Source of the DNA: Orbicella franksi
Taxonomy: Eukaryota
Assembly: GCA_964199315.1 (NCBI GenBank)
Contig: OZ116699.1
Coordinates: 18,848,001-18,912,000 of the forward strand
Length of the DNA stretch: 64,000 nt
Reading direction: 5' to 3'
A program made the translations under genes and the position numbers. The notes under the pieces are model-generated. The model worked only from the letters and a program-made list of their open reading frames with translations, was not told the DNA's origin and did no database searches. Of this stretch, positions 37,205 through 51,268 are shown one piece after another. Each line of letters begins with the position of its first letter. Within the stretch, counting starts at the first letter, position 1.

Positions 37205-40200
37205 TCTTCGACCAAGGGCTTTTCCGTCCACAATCAAGCACAGCTGCGCCCCGCGGTCCTTCCAAGTCCAAAGGCTGTCGAAAAATAACAAAGAGACACG
37301 GCGGCAGGTTAATAAATTTCTATGCATATATGAATGAAGCTATCGATTGCCCGGTACACTGACCTTGCAAGTAAGCTAGCCACTTACAGCAAGAGGTATT
37401 CATCAGTTGGCTTTTCATCAGAAGGGGGCTTAGACAGAAACATCTCACTCGCTTGCCAGTGCACCACAGGGTAGAATATTAGCATACGTTTTTCAAAGGT
37501 CGGATCGATTTTACATTCTTTAACATCTGCTTAAACTCCCTCCCAATATCATTTGCAAAAGCTACCATTTAAATTCATTAAAAACACAGCGGAGGAGACG
37601 TTAGGTTAATGCTTCTTACGCTTGCAATTCCAAGAGATTTGTGTCCACTGTTATTTGTATACCTTGATGTCGGTGTAAACATTCTAAAGAGAAGAAATTT
37701 AAAACCGATTTGCCGAACACTCTTGGCGATTCTAATGCACACTCGCTTTTCAAAACGACCAATAGAATTAATCCTGTAGTTGTCAACGAAACCCTTTCTG
37801 GAACAAAAATAAAAGTAGCCCATATCGGTTTTTTGAGAGAGGCCTTTGCAGGTAATGGCAGACGGACAAGAAGCGGGGGTCCAGTTTCATGCAATGACTG
37901 TGCCAAAAGTGTGGATATATTCAGCAGGATGAGGAAATTCTAACTCATTGAAGAGCAAATTCAGGTGTAATCCGGCCTATGATACCAAGGAGGCCGAAGT
38001 AATAAATCAACTTAACTCGTGCTTTCAACATGGAATAATGGGTCACAGGTTGTGAAACGAAACTTCTCGATGTATGGAAACCGGAGAAGCACTTCACAGC
38101 AAGACAGAATTGGAAAAACAATCGGCAAAACGTCCCAGTGACGGCTGGCGAGTTTGTCTTCGAAACTGATTTCAAAAGAATATTACTAAATTCTGTAATA
38201 GTCACTACACGTGTAAATTATGACGTTCAGGTGTCGCCGGTAATAATCAAGGCGCAGTCATCAATCATTTCACGTTACTCTGCCACTTTGAAGAAAGCTT
38301 TCACATACAAATGAAAAATGTCCTGTTGAAATTTTGGGTCCAACAAGACATGCTAAACAATCGCGACCAGTCGGAACATACATTCACCTGCAGTGCCTAA
38401 CAGCAATCAAACAATCCACAACACCGAAGCCTGCTATGGCTAACGACGAAGTAAAAACACCCCGGCTGCCTGTGCTTCCCAGACAAATTCGAGCTGCTAT
38501 GGTTTAACTATGGTATTTCAATCCGTGTTTGACCCGAGAGCACCGCCTACAGGACGGATATCCGAACAAGCCACACATCATCAATACTTACGCAGTGTTC
38601 AAGCTTGAGAGATCGGCAGCCAAGTGTCCCTTTATGCTGATCAGATCGCACAATAAAGAGAAAAGCTCGTAATGCCCAGGATTTCACTGTCCAACCGAGA
38701 ATTCATTTCGCTCGAGGCAAGGCAAGGCGCATGCCAATCAGTCGGACAATTACTGCCTGTCAAGTCACCGATTACAGCACAAAGATAACCTATTGTTTCC
38801 AAACAGTTCCCAGCTCAAGTGAAAAGGCGGTCTTTACGCAAGCTGTTTTCCTTTCCTTGACGACTCTGTCCTTACGTTCGTGGATGCCACATCTAAATAA
38901 ATAAGACGCTCGACGTCAAATTGCAAGATTACTGCGAGTGTAGGAGATCGTTTAAGCCATTCTCGTGCATTCGTGGCCACATATCGAGCGGCTTAAATGT
39001 CACATAGACAGATTCAGCGGAAGCCGCTGAATACAGTGCAGGTAAAGCGAAGCCACAGCCTTCTCGCTATCGCGAATGGTCGTCTGGAGGTCAAATCAGA
39101 TGCTGTACGGATGATGTGGCGAAAGTGAATTACACTAAGGGGAGATCGATAAGGAAAGTGTCGATCTCGCGGATTAGCGTCTGTGCAATTTTCCACAAGG
39201 CGAGTGATGCGTCAAAATGTAAAATGAGCGATTGTTGACTGAAACCCAATCCGCTAGAACCTTTCTCTGTTCATGTATACACAAATATTTGATTTGAATT
39301 AGAAAATACTTACACATTGGACAGCCAATCAGCGAGAACCGAGACCGGCGCGAATTAATTGACTTAATTGCAAATGTCCATAAAGCACAAATCTTTTCGT
39401 CTGATGTGTACCGCTTGTTCACCTCGCGAACTGCTCAGAGATTATCATCTCGATTTTTATCGCGATACAGTTTGAAGATTTCTTCGATGTTTTCATCACG
39501 ATTTCAAAACAATGTCTCGCGGGCTTGGCCCACCAAGGGAACAAATGCGCGCTGACGGTGATGTAATAAATTGTTCAGCTGTTCATTACTTTAGCTCAGT
39601 ACGGAAATTTGTTTACGATAGGGTAGATTCCAACCAGTGATTTGATCACAAAAGAAATGATTCCTACACGATTTTGTCTATTTTTTAAGTAATGAAATGA
39701 GAACCGCCTTTAACTTTTGCCATTGTCAATCTTTTGGCTCGTTATAAAACCTGTGCTCTGCCTGAGTTTCTCTGGAAATGGAACGCGGCGTCAGAAATTT
39801 ATCCCTTTGTTTTTCATCTTTCATCGAAGAATCAATGAATGTTAAGAAGGCAGCAAAGACATGAGATTAAAAATTAAGAACAAACGAAAACCTCTCGACC
39901 AAAAATAACCCTATCGGGTATGAATACATTCTTTTATTAGCTTGACTGAGAATTCCAATCGCAAAAAATATCTAAAAAGAAATAACATACTTTTCGAGTA
40001 ATTTTGGACCCTTTGCCACGCAGGAAAGAATCAAAATAGACAACAAAATTAAAACGCCGAAATAACTGCTTACTCTTATTTTGTCTAGAGCAGGTGAAAA
40101 CACGACAGGGGGGGAATTCTGGACCCTTCAATGCTAAAAGATGATGAACTATAAATTCCGTGCCGCTAACAAAGATAACAGAAACATATCTCTACCTACC

Positions 40201-43200
40201 GACCGGAATGCAAAAGTCCTTACAAGGGTTCCGGCCAGCTGATGGTCTCCTGGCAGGAGAGAATTTTTAAAATTTTAAACTGATTCTCAGTTCGTCGTTG
40301 AAAGCGGTATTTTGAGCGTTGTTTTTACCTACAGCCGTCTTTTATCTTGATGTATGAATACCGATTACGGTGAACCACACGCTGAGTCGCATCTGAAGGG
40401 ATCCCATCAGAAAACTCGCGCTAAAAAAGGTTCTTTATCAATTAAGGTACCGATTAAATGAAATACAGGATTATACAGGATGGTATTTGTAAGACTTCCG
40501 CAGAAACCTGCGACTAATATTATTGACTGATTTGCAAGTTCGAACGTGGCATGATTGACCACTGTCAAGATTGTGATAGTTGATCGGGAGAGGAAGGGAA
40601 ATTTGCTGACAAACTATTGGGGAAAGGAAGATATTACATTACTTAAAATGTCCCACTTAATATTTCTAGTTAATCTTTGTGTTTCACTTCGATTTCCGAA
40701 CGGCTTCATTAACCTCTTCATTTTTTAGTTTACCCCAAGCTCTGAAGAAAAAGAAAGAAAAGCTGTTTTTAAACATATGATTTCCCGCGTCTTATAATTT
40801 GCATTATAATGCTTTAGTGGAGGAAAGATATGATAATTTTATGATTGTTGGCAGACTTGCCAACTGAAACAGGAAAGGACAAGCAAAAGAACTCCTTTTT
40901 TCCCGCTGAGCAATAAGACATGAACGCATTAATAGCGATGTCGTAATTTATACGGTGCATAAAGTTATCCAAAATTAAACTATTTGAGAAGTTTGAACAA
41001 TGCGCTAAACAGCAAACCCCGTACAGCAAACCCTGTGTTTCTTTCTCTTATTCCCTAACTAGAACGTGCTTTAATTACCAATAATTTTCAACCGATCATG
41101 TTTTCTCTGGCGATACAACGACCAGTTTATACTCACCTCAAAATAACCTTGATATCAGCTCATTTTTTTGTTTCCAAAACAAATATTGAAATTTAAACAC
41201 CCTTTTGTCAAGTCATTCGTTAGCACTTTCAGCGTTTATCAACCTGTCAAAGCACCCCGGGACTTTTTATCGAGTTGCGGCCTTTTGCTTTCAAATTCAC
41301 ATTTCAATAATTGCTAAGAAATGAATTATGCCAAAGGAGATAGCATTATATTATTTTTCGCGCGCTTTGTTTATCATAAACTGCGCTATTTCCTACAATT
41401 TAAACTGGTATGTAAAATTTCACCCTGTTTGGCACTAGAATTCTTCGATTTTCGTCTCAAACTAACGGTTTAAGTTCAAAAACCATCCATCACGATGTAT
41501 CACCCAAGTTTCAATAAGCAGCAAAGAATATTCATATTCATATATATCTCGATGAATAATTTTGTTCAGTACTAGTTATCATACAGTATAATGTTATCTG
41601 GTTAGAACCTGAAGTCTCTTCTTGCGCGTCGATCTTTCAATTAAAACTTCACTTCCCAGGGCTAGTCCGGATGACTTTACTGCTCCAATAACAAAATAAA
41701 AACTGAAACCCTAAAGCACTTGCTAAATTCAGTTAAGCTAACCGCCCGGTTATAAAGAGCCCAGAATTCTATTGGCTAATTTAGCTAAAAGCTGGCAACT
41801 AAGTTATTACGATTCAGGAAAGCCTTATGAAACGGATGAGACAAGAATATAAATAGCCTGAGATGAACCAAGCGGGACACAGACAGAAACACATCGTTTA
41901 AACACCGATGACGAGATATTCAGACACGTGTAGAGGACCGCAGAGCTGGTACATGTACACGTAATTACAGTTAATTCACCTTTAAGTTAACCGCCTAGCC
42001 TGGTCGAATACACTGCTTAAATAACACAGGCAAAAATGCGACTATGAAACTTGCAACTCGACCACTATTAAGCCCAGATTTCTATTGGCCAAAGTGGTCT
42101 GAGAAAGCTAAAGAGTTTTAAGAGCATTTTAAGAAAAGCCTCATACAAATGAGACATGGAATTATTTAATTCGAGCATTACCGATCGACGAGCTTATGAA
42201 TATGGCGGATCTAAGTGCTCATATCACCCAAGCACAAAAGCGTCTCGCTTAAAAAATGCGCCTTCATGTTTAGTTCGCGGGCCGTACTTAGTCCGAAGTA
42301 GAAGAAGTGATACAAGCAGTAACAGTTTCTCGTCGCTGAAATCGTTAGACCGGATACATCAACGAAGACAAGTTTCCTGACAACGCAGACTCAAAATGAA
42401 TATTGTTGTCTTTGGTTTAGTTTTCAACACAAATTCAAACGCGCGTAGCTATAATATAATCCTCCAAGGAATAAGAGGATTTGCTTTGTCCGCATTCATT
42501 CGTTGATTTCTTTGTAAACTAGCCAAGTTATAGCTACCCGTTCTGGCTTAAACTTACTTTTCTTTGCTGCGAAGACAGTACAGCCTCTTGCCAACGCGTG
42601 CCAGTCGTCGGAATCACCTTAAGTTCCTTCCTATTCTAATAGCGTGCCTCACTCGTTGGCAGTTTTGACACAAACCCAGCGCGCGTTCCATTAGTAGAAT
42701 AAACAGAGAATAATTTGCTTGACGTGGAAATAGCACTTAGACGCCTGCTCTCTGACCTTTTCTCCAATGCCGAGAGATCCAAGAGAAATCGAAATGTCTT
42801 AAAAGACGGCTACTTGTGCAAGTAATTCCTCAGGAGATTCACCTTATTCACAACAAGGCTTGCGGTGTTGTTTTGTACCGAATCGGGCTAATTTAGTCCC
42901 GTGACCGAGCAAGACAGAGCTTTCGTGAATGAACGAGTAATCCATTGTATGAAGAGTGACACATTACTCTGAATTGAAAGGAACACTCGGAGATAAGTCA
43001 TCTAGAATTGATGTGTTGACATTAAGCTCAAACCTCGTAATCCGCAGAGTTTAATTTTTATGAGGTTCTGCATCGCTAAGGAGTTTAAGGAAAACAATTA
43101 TTCCCACGGATTTGGATTTCGGACAAAGTGTAACTTTCCAAATCTCTAAAGCAAACCCGCAATTCCGCCTTCCCTGAGGAAAAGTTTACTTAATGATGTT

Positions 43201-43724
43201 TATCCAGCAGAATCGAACTGTATATAAACTTTACAAAAGGCTGGACAATTCGAGAGTTTGTTTTTCAAATAGCTTCGTGACTGTTTCGAGTATAATGCTA
43301 AAATGGCCGCCTACTTACTAATTTTGACCTGCCCCTAATTTTATTCTGACAACCATTATTATTCCTTTGATTGACAACGTCACATCACCACCAGCTGCTT
43401 TTGCGCTTGGGGCCTATTTTAAGAGCTTAATACTGTGTTTCGTCTCCTAGGATTTGCAATGTATATTTCAATTTCATGTCAGATAAACGTTAAAACGATA
43501 TTTTGTTATAGAAAGGACGCTGAGTGAAGTTAAAACAGGGTTTCCTGCCTACAGTCGATGTCATCTTAAATGCTTTCGTGCTTGCCTTGTTACAAGAGCT
43601 CTAAACACAAAAAACAAATTAATCAAAATAAAATATTCATTTCGTCACGAATTAAGAAACCACAAAGTATTTCTTGACAGATAGACCATAATGTTCTCCA
43701 ACCTCGTTAGAATTATCTCACGAG

Positions 43725-43872
43725 TAGCCTGCGTAGCAGACATTTTCCTTCCGTTTTCCAGGCGGAGGGATTGAGCAAGCGAGCGAGCACCTGCTTGCTC
43801 CTTATATTCGCACTCGCTCGCGGGTTTGTTCCCTTCGCGTGCTTTTGAAAATGAACCCCTGCTACGCAGGCT
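43725..43872. mobile_element. ~150-bp MITE with TAGCCTGCGTAGCAG TIR
   Basis: tagcctgcgtagcag at the left and ctgctacgcaggct at the right. ctcacga occurs on both flanks. Confidence 0.7.
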
Positions 43873-44626
43873 CTCTCACGACCAGTCGACGATCTGGCTA
43901 AGTTTATCGTGCTTTTCTCGCTCTGTCTTACGCGGTCGTGTGTAAAGAGAATATACTGAAAATTCTGGAAAAAAAAAAAGAGAAAAAGAAAAAAAACCTA
44001 GCAGGTTAAGTTTACACAGCCTTGATCCGAAGTTCTTTCAGCTGGAACTGGGGTGTCTGTCAATTTCAGAAAGTCAGTTGAACTTCTTTCTAAAACCTCC
44101 CAGCACTCGGCTTTTACTGAAGGAGATCGTCGGTCGCGTTAGTTGGACCGGTTTTGTGTATGTTCGTTAATTAGGAGCTACCTAATTGTTCGAAAGAAAA
44201 AGAAACTTTACATGCGGGGATTGGGTGCGGGGGTGTGATGTTAATTTTCTCTGCGGAAGTCGTTGCGCTGAAACAGAAGCCCATTAAGTAGAAGAAAAAT
44301 AGAGTCAGCGATACCAATTAGCACTTTTCTCATTTCTTTACCAGTCTGCTTAACATAAACCATCATTTCTTTCTAGAAAAAAAAATACACTACTCAGTAA
44401 ACTATTAGACTATCCTTCCTTTCGCCTACGAAAGCACTTAGTCTGCTCAGTGTGGATAGAAGTCTATTTGATGTCCCTTTGTAATTCAACTAAAACTCCT
44501 AAACAAAATCTCCACGATATCTCATTTCCACCAACTCCTCCAGTTTTTTTCAGCTCCTCTTCTCACTCACACCCCCACCATGAACAGTCCTCTCAAGAGA
44601 TTTTCACTTTCGACAGACTAATAAAA

Positions 44627-44842
44627 AGAAGAAGCAAAGAAAGACAAAAAAAACTCGACATACCAATGACAGTATCTAAATTTCTATATTGCCTGATGCT
44701 TCAAGACAAAATGGCCCAAAGAAGCTCCTTCTCAGAAGAAGCAAAGAAAGACAAAAAAAACTCGACATACCAATGACAGTATCTAAATTTCTATATTGCC
44801 TGATGCTTCAAGACAAAATGGCCCAAAGAAGCTCCTTCTCAG
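44627..44842. repeat. Perfect 107-bp tandem duplication
   Basis: The unit agaagaagcaaagaaagacaaaaaaaactcgacatacc...gctccttctc is repeated exactly at 44627 and 44734. Confidence 0.92.
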
Positions 44843-47800
44843 TAGAAGGAGCTGAAAAAAAAAACTAAATTCCCTCGACCGTCGGTCTTGCACCTGCGGC
44901 GGGCCATGCACTGCGAAAAAAAGTCAATTTAACAATTCTACAAAATGAATAAAGTTAGGAAAGTTGGTATATATCCGCTTCTGGCAATCTTGTTTGTTCA
45001 TTTTATAATTCTGGCCATCGTCCTGTGATGGCTTCACTTGCCGAGATGGAACTATCTTGAATATGTCCGGCTTTAGGAACGGGTTGAAAAGGGTATGGCT
45101 CCAGAGAAAATTGCTCTGTACAAGTCATACGTTGCTCAAATAATAAAAGAGCTAGGCGAAAGAAAATTGTTGCAGCGTCATGGCAGGCTAGGGCTAAAGA
45201 CACTGATAAACACTGCGAACCGACTTTTTACATTTTTTGTGCTTTAACTACCATTCATCCTGAAAATCTCAGGCGCACTCAGGAGCGCCCAACAGATCGC
45301 TACCTAAAGATTATGATCATAATGTCTTGAGATCATAACTCTTGTCGCTACTCACGTACTAAGACCAGGAACGCCGGAATGCATTCCGAGAATTTTAAGA
45401 ATTTAAACCTTAGCCATACACGACAAGCCGAAAACAAATAAATTTATTGTCAACTGCGAGTGATTTGAACCTAGCAACTATGTAAGTGCAAATAACGAGT
45501 TATCCATCATTGGTGCGATTTGAAGGTTACAAATTATCGTCTGGCCGTTAGTTTTTAGCTACGGAAGCTTTTTCTTAATACATGGTCACAAGTTCTTTCA
45601 CAAGTTCTTCCACGTATGGTTTTTTCGCTCTTTGGGTAAAAATGGTGGCGTTCTGAACATGCGTGCATGCAAGTTAACCCCGCTCTTTTCTCGCCTGGAT
45701 TCAGCTCGAAAATAGAACGTACGGGGAAGGGAGAGTTCAGGGATTAGATTAGCGAAAATCGTGGAAAACATGGCGGGAAATTTTCGGTGGTTAATATTTT
45801 GCGATGCTAAGATTACTTTGTCAGTAGTACTACTGACAAAGTTTCCGGTCAAGGAAAAAAAAACAACAACACACTAACAGAGCATGTCCGACTCACTCCT
45901 ATATCCTAAAGCTTAAAATTTGTCTTTTTAGATCTGTTTTCATAAAGGATGTCAAACGCCGACAGGATAAGTTAACTTAAAAATATGCCTCTGCATTTCG
46001 TTTGACTGCGGTTATAAAACCCGGTTATATGACCCTTTTTAAAATAACTGAGCTTGAATCGGATTGTCTAATATTTCAATTAGACGTTTGTGTCACCCGA
46101 TTCAAAAGAACCTCTATTAAACATGTTGAAAGAGTGTGTTTTGTACAGGAAAACAAACTTGCAAGTTACGTAATAGTTGTACTGGGGTACCCCATAAGTG
46201 TGCCATAAAAACTAAAGAAAATATCGCCAACGAAGTCGCGACGCAAGTAAACCACTCCATCGTCAGGTTTTCTCTTTGAGGAATGTCAGGTAGAAAGCTA
46301 AGCATCACGAGAAACGAGAGACTGGGAAAATGGCCGCAAACTGGAGTTTTGTTTCTTGCCGGCGACAACTTTCATGTGAGTCATGATGAGCATAAAACCT
46401 GATTTCAAAACATTGTGATCATTGTTTATATACCTCCCACTATGTCTTCAATTAGCAGCTACCATTGTTATTGTTATTATTATTAGGCTATGAGTTGAGA
46501 CTGAGTTTCGGCCAGAATTGCAAATGTCGTTCACGGGAAAGTTTATTTCAGAAATGCTGTACGCATTAGTGTCGCACGAATTCTCGATAAACAGGTGAAA
46601 CAGCCTCGGTGTTTTTGATGAATCTTAACATTCCGTACGGCCAACTTTTGAGTTCATCTGATGTTGATACCTCTTTTAATTTCATCAGAATTCTTTTCGC
46701 ATGGTTTCAGTCCCCCAAAGACAGAAAAAGTAATTAATCAAAAATTCGAGCCGGAAAGCTATCATGTTCATGCTCAGCCCCTTCTTAATTTATCATAAAT
46801 ACGATCGGAGAAGTACTCGTCACAAGTTCCAGCGCTGTAATTGTCGAGGATATCACTCGACCTGTAGAGAAATGTCTGTTTTGTGCCGCTGTTATATTCT
46901 TGCTTCTCCTCAGCTAACGCCGTAGCACGTGATATAACTCGAAAAGAACCGTCATCGCTTGGATTGCAGGCGTCACTCTTTACCAACAGCTTGCTTTGTT
47001 CAGAAATTAGTTTGCACAATTGATCAAAATGTTTGTTCCATGAAGCACGCGGTTTAAAGAGATCGATTACTAGCGCACGAAAAGTTCAGGCCATGTTGGT
47101 TCATAATGAAGTCCTGCGTGTCACATACCACAAAAAGAATCAGTCTCCAAGCGTTTGACTAGCTAAACCGACTACTGACAACTCGTCTCGATTTTTGACA
47201 TCTCAAAAGTGAATCACACCGCCTCAGGGCTTGAGTTCTATTCAAAACAAAGGCAAAACGAGCTGTCTGTTTTTATGTCAATCGTAAAACAAAGGAAAAC
47301 TGCTCGTTTTGAAAAGAAGGCGCCGTGGTGGATCGCTTGAACGATCGTTTCGCACCCAGTTGTCAATGTTAACTGGATTTGATGCGGTTATCTAAAACGG
47401 TTTGTTTAAATTAAAGGAAGGGATTAGCAGTTGAAAAAACACCCATCTTTTGTGGAGGTGTAATTGTGAAGGATTACAGTTTGATAGCTGTCAAACCTTC
47501 TTTCAATGTTTTTCAATCCCAATTTCGCTCAGTTAAGCCGTTTCTTTTTTCCTGAAAGTCATTCATTCAAGAGTGGCTCAAGTGTGTTTTTGTGCCAGTG
47601 CGAGATTTTCGGGAAACATCATAAAACGGGCTTCGTAGGGAACGCTTCTGCTCGGAACAGTCTGTGATAAATAAAATTTTGAATTAGTTACCTCTCATCC
47701 TTCGTTGCAGTCTCTCAGTGCTTGCACTTTTCTCATCCCTCAAAGAAATAAATCAATCAATCAATCACAAATTTGACACTGGAAGTGTTAAATTTTTGAT

Positions 47801-49577
47801 GCAATCGCACCCAGAGACAAGTCGCTAGAATTGGACAGTTATCTGATCAGATGCGATAGACTCTGGCTTTCGAACCAGAAAGCTGAAACGGGTAATTGAA
47901 TACGGCGCTGACTTCATCAGATAATCAGTATTGTTGATTGAGCCACGTGCACAATTAAACCATACTGTCATCCACTGAAAAGAGACCAAAAGCTATCAAA
48001 GGTGTGAAGGAAGAATACATTTCAGATCAATGGCCCCGATTACTCATGAGACATACAAGATTTTGAAAGAAAGTGATTATTCATGTCAAATACAAGAAAC
48101 AATGAACAGAATGTGTCGCTGTCGCTCATCTCTACAAACAAGTATCTTATTCTTACTACTTTTCGCGCGCACTAAATTTCGCGTTTTGAAAAAAAATCGT
48201 GAAAGTTAACGCTCGCGAAAAAGACGCAGGCTACAAAACTAATAGAGCGCGCGAAAATTCTAAACACGCGAAATTTTATACAAGATTATGTAAGAAAATA
48301 ATACATGTATTTTGAATGTTTTGAGTCACGGGCTCGTTGGTAATTTTTCAGTTTCTGTCCTTGAAAATAGTCTTTATGATCTTGTTTTTAACTACTTAGC
48401 ACTCTTCCTCCGAATCACTGTTATTTTCAGCTTGAAAACCCGCCAAAACCTAGCTCTATAGCACGTACATCATAAACTTTTCAATCTATAGCGGATCGTG
48501 ATTCGGATTGAGCAGGAGCCCTGGATTGAACACCGCACCTCTGTGTCGAAGAAAGACGAAATCAGAATTAAAAGAATGATACATGAAGCGCTTGATTCCG
48601 TGATTTCGATCATCGTAATGATATTCGTTACAGCCACAGCCTATCTTTTTTATGATGCTAGGACGGACACAAATGCCATTTTCTCATTTTATTTTATTTT
48701 TATGATATGGATAGGACCCTGCGCGCGCTCTGATTGGTCAAAGACCCATGTTTTATCAGAGTATAAAACATAGAAAAAGCGTATTTTATTGTTTTTCGCC
48801 ATATTAACTCTATATCATAAAGCAAATGGAGAAGCCTAAGCCGCAGGCGAGTGTTTGCTACATTTCTGGATTGTTCTCAAAAGCCCGTCGTGTTTTATCA
48901 CAGTGTAATACACGGCTTAGGCTTCTTTATTTGTTAATTATTTCTTTATTTAAGGGAATACTTATACAGGCCGGTCCAATTCAGCCGATGATAGCTAGTT
49001 TAAATGCTGAGGCCTGTAACTAAATAGTAACTTATCAATACTTAAAGTTTTACTGACTGGCAGAAAAAAGAGCAAACAATTTGCATCCACATATCGTTTT
49101 CGAACTGGTTTCACCTCTCCAAAGGCAACTGCAAACGCTTCGATTTCGTCAGTCTGACACCGCCTGCACATACACAAAAGTTGAAGTTCTTCGATTCGTT
49201 TCCACTAGGCCACATTTAAGCCTTCATCGAAAGCATTTTGAGTCCTCCATCGATCTATTGGTGTGGATGAAAGGCTTAAGTCACCAAAAGAACGGCGCGT
49301 TCTCAAACTGAAATACTCCCTCCACTGAGCAACACGGCAGTTTGTACCATTCTCCTGTCCGAGTGAGGCTAAGACCATGACAGGACAAGGTTTTAGTTAT
49401 TGAATTGGATGTGGGAGAAAGAGTGATGGTATCACCCTCGTTTAACCACGCTATAATGAGAGTCAGTCGATATCAGACTCAAAGACTTTCTTTTTTCAGC
49501 TCTTGAAGAGTCTCAATTCGAGTTGAACGTTGTATACTGAACCTGCGATCAGGTTCCCGTTTCCGTACACTTATCTT

Positions 49578-49941
49578 TAGGGAGTTTCAGCAGACCACGA
49601 CGGCGACAGCAACAAGAACGTCACCACATAAAAGATTTAATTAAAGATTCTGCACGTGTGTTTCGAATCTTTGTACATTTCTTTGCCGTTCCGTGCAAAA
49701 CAATAACTTGAATTGAAAAATTTATACGTATTTTGGAGGACGTGTACTGCATGGATAATTTTTAGTGTCTTCATTTGGAATTGAACGCTGTCATTACATA
49801 TATATTTAGCCTGAGCCGGTTTTTAGATCGATAGGCGTACTGAACAGATCTACACAGTTGCGACATTCAAGGGTAAAATATAAATGCTTTTGTACAAGGC
49901 GTCGTCCCCGGCGTCGCCGTGGTCATTGCTAAAACTCTCTA
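49578..49941. mobile_element. MITE, inverted second copy of the 12560-12923 family
   Basis: Termini tagggagtttcagcagaccacgacggcgac and cgtcgccgtggtcattgctaaaactctcta. Internal blocks (tttgtacatttctttgccgt, gaacgctgtcatt, tatttagcctgag) are reverse complements of 12560-12923. Confidence 0.75.
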
Positions 49942-51268
49942 TCCTCCGTAAGGTAGGCCGCGTGTGATCTACCTTCAAAATGAACGCGTAAAAACTAGCT
50001 CAGCTGCTATTGTCACTAACAGCCGCAAGCAACTGAGTAACCCGGGTAGTTCGCTGATAACTGAGGAAATACTGCTGGCCAGTACCAGGTCTAAATCTTT
50101 TTGTGTTCTAGCAGTAACAACTAAATCCCTTGTCAGTGGCGTTACAAGTGTTATAAGAAGCAATCGCAACGCTGCATTAGGATCTCAAAGACAGAAATGG
50201 GTCGCTCTGAATAATTCATTACATACATTGGAATCACAGTTTGACAATCTCGAGCTCTCATAGCCTGCATGCGACTAAGGCTACTTCTGATCTCATACCA
50301 GCTAGATCTGCAGGCCTCGTGAAAATACAATTCCTATACTACAAAGCAATGATCTGCATCGAGAAAAATGCAACAGAACTTTACCATTCTTTTTTTTCGG
50401 TGGCAATGGATGCGTTTAACACTCTCTCAAAAACTCTCATCCTTATATGTATAATAGTGAAACCTCGCCTTACAACTAACCCGTTAACACAACCACCTAG
50501 TTAATTCAGCACCTTTTTGTAACCTGAAGAAAACGCGTAGTCAATATTTTTTGTTTGTTTCCTTTAATTCAACGGACCGTAATTTCATGAACCAATGGCG
50601 GCCGTGTATTAACGGTGTTCCACTGTATCTCTAGCCTAGCAGAAATAGTACAACTCAAATTCATTATAAGAACTACCGCGGCCGTAAATATTTATGATGC
50701 CAGCGCTAACGGCACTCCCTCTTTTCTCTCCAAACACCTCGTACCTGGAAGCAAGGGAGGGGTACCTCAAGCTATTTGCTACCTTTTGCTCTCTCCTCCC
50801 ATGCCAATACCGTGCATTGACAATATTTCCAAATCTGGGCTGAAGCACGGCAGTCGCTTTCAAAACCTTTCTGTAAGATCATTTACAAATTAATTGTCTT
50901 TTCGTAATACACTGAGGTGCACTGGGCATAACGCATGTTTTGCCTGTTAACTGGTACCACTAGTCTGGATCTATGACTGAATTTCATGTAGACGTTACAT
51001 AAGGTAACACGTAGTGCATTAACCCTACAATCTCAGTCCAATGGGTTAAATATCAGTTCTCCATACCGATTGCCATACACTTCTTTTAACGTTAGGAGAA
51101 CTTCGTTGTACTCTTAAAGACGACATCCTAAAATACTGTGGGGAATAAGGCAACGTAAAGTAAGTAACTATATTCCCAACATCACTCTTCTTGACAATGC
51201 ATTGATGATACATAGAGAACATGGAGGACGATCATTCAAGTTCTGTAATTTGAGGGCCAACAGCTGCC

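Noticed and set aside
44450-44842. 108-aa ORF / CRISPR-like repeat
   Set aside because: Two adjacent identical 107-bp units without spacers; not a CRISPR array, and the ORF is an artefact of the duplication.
49964-50263. Overlapping 99-aa (+) and 64-aa (-) ORFs with a faint LDLVL resemblance to LINE endonuclease
   Set aside because: The diagnostic SDH motif and neighbouring RT frames are absent, so it cannot be supported.
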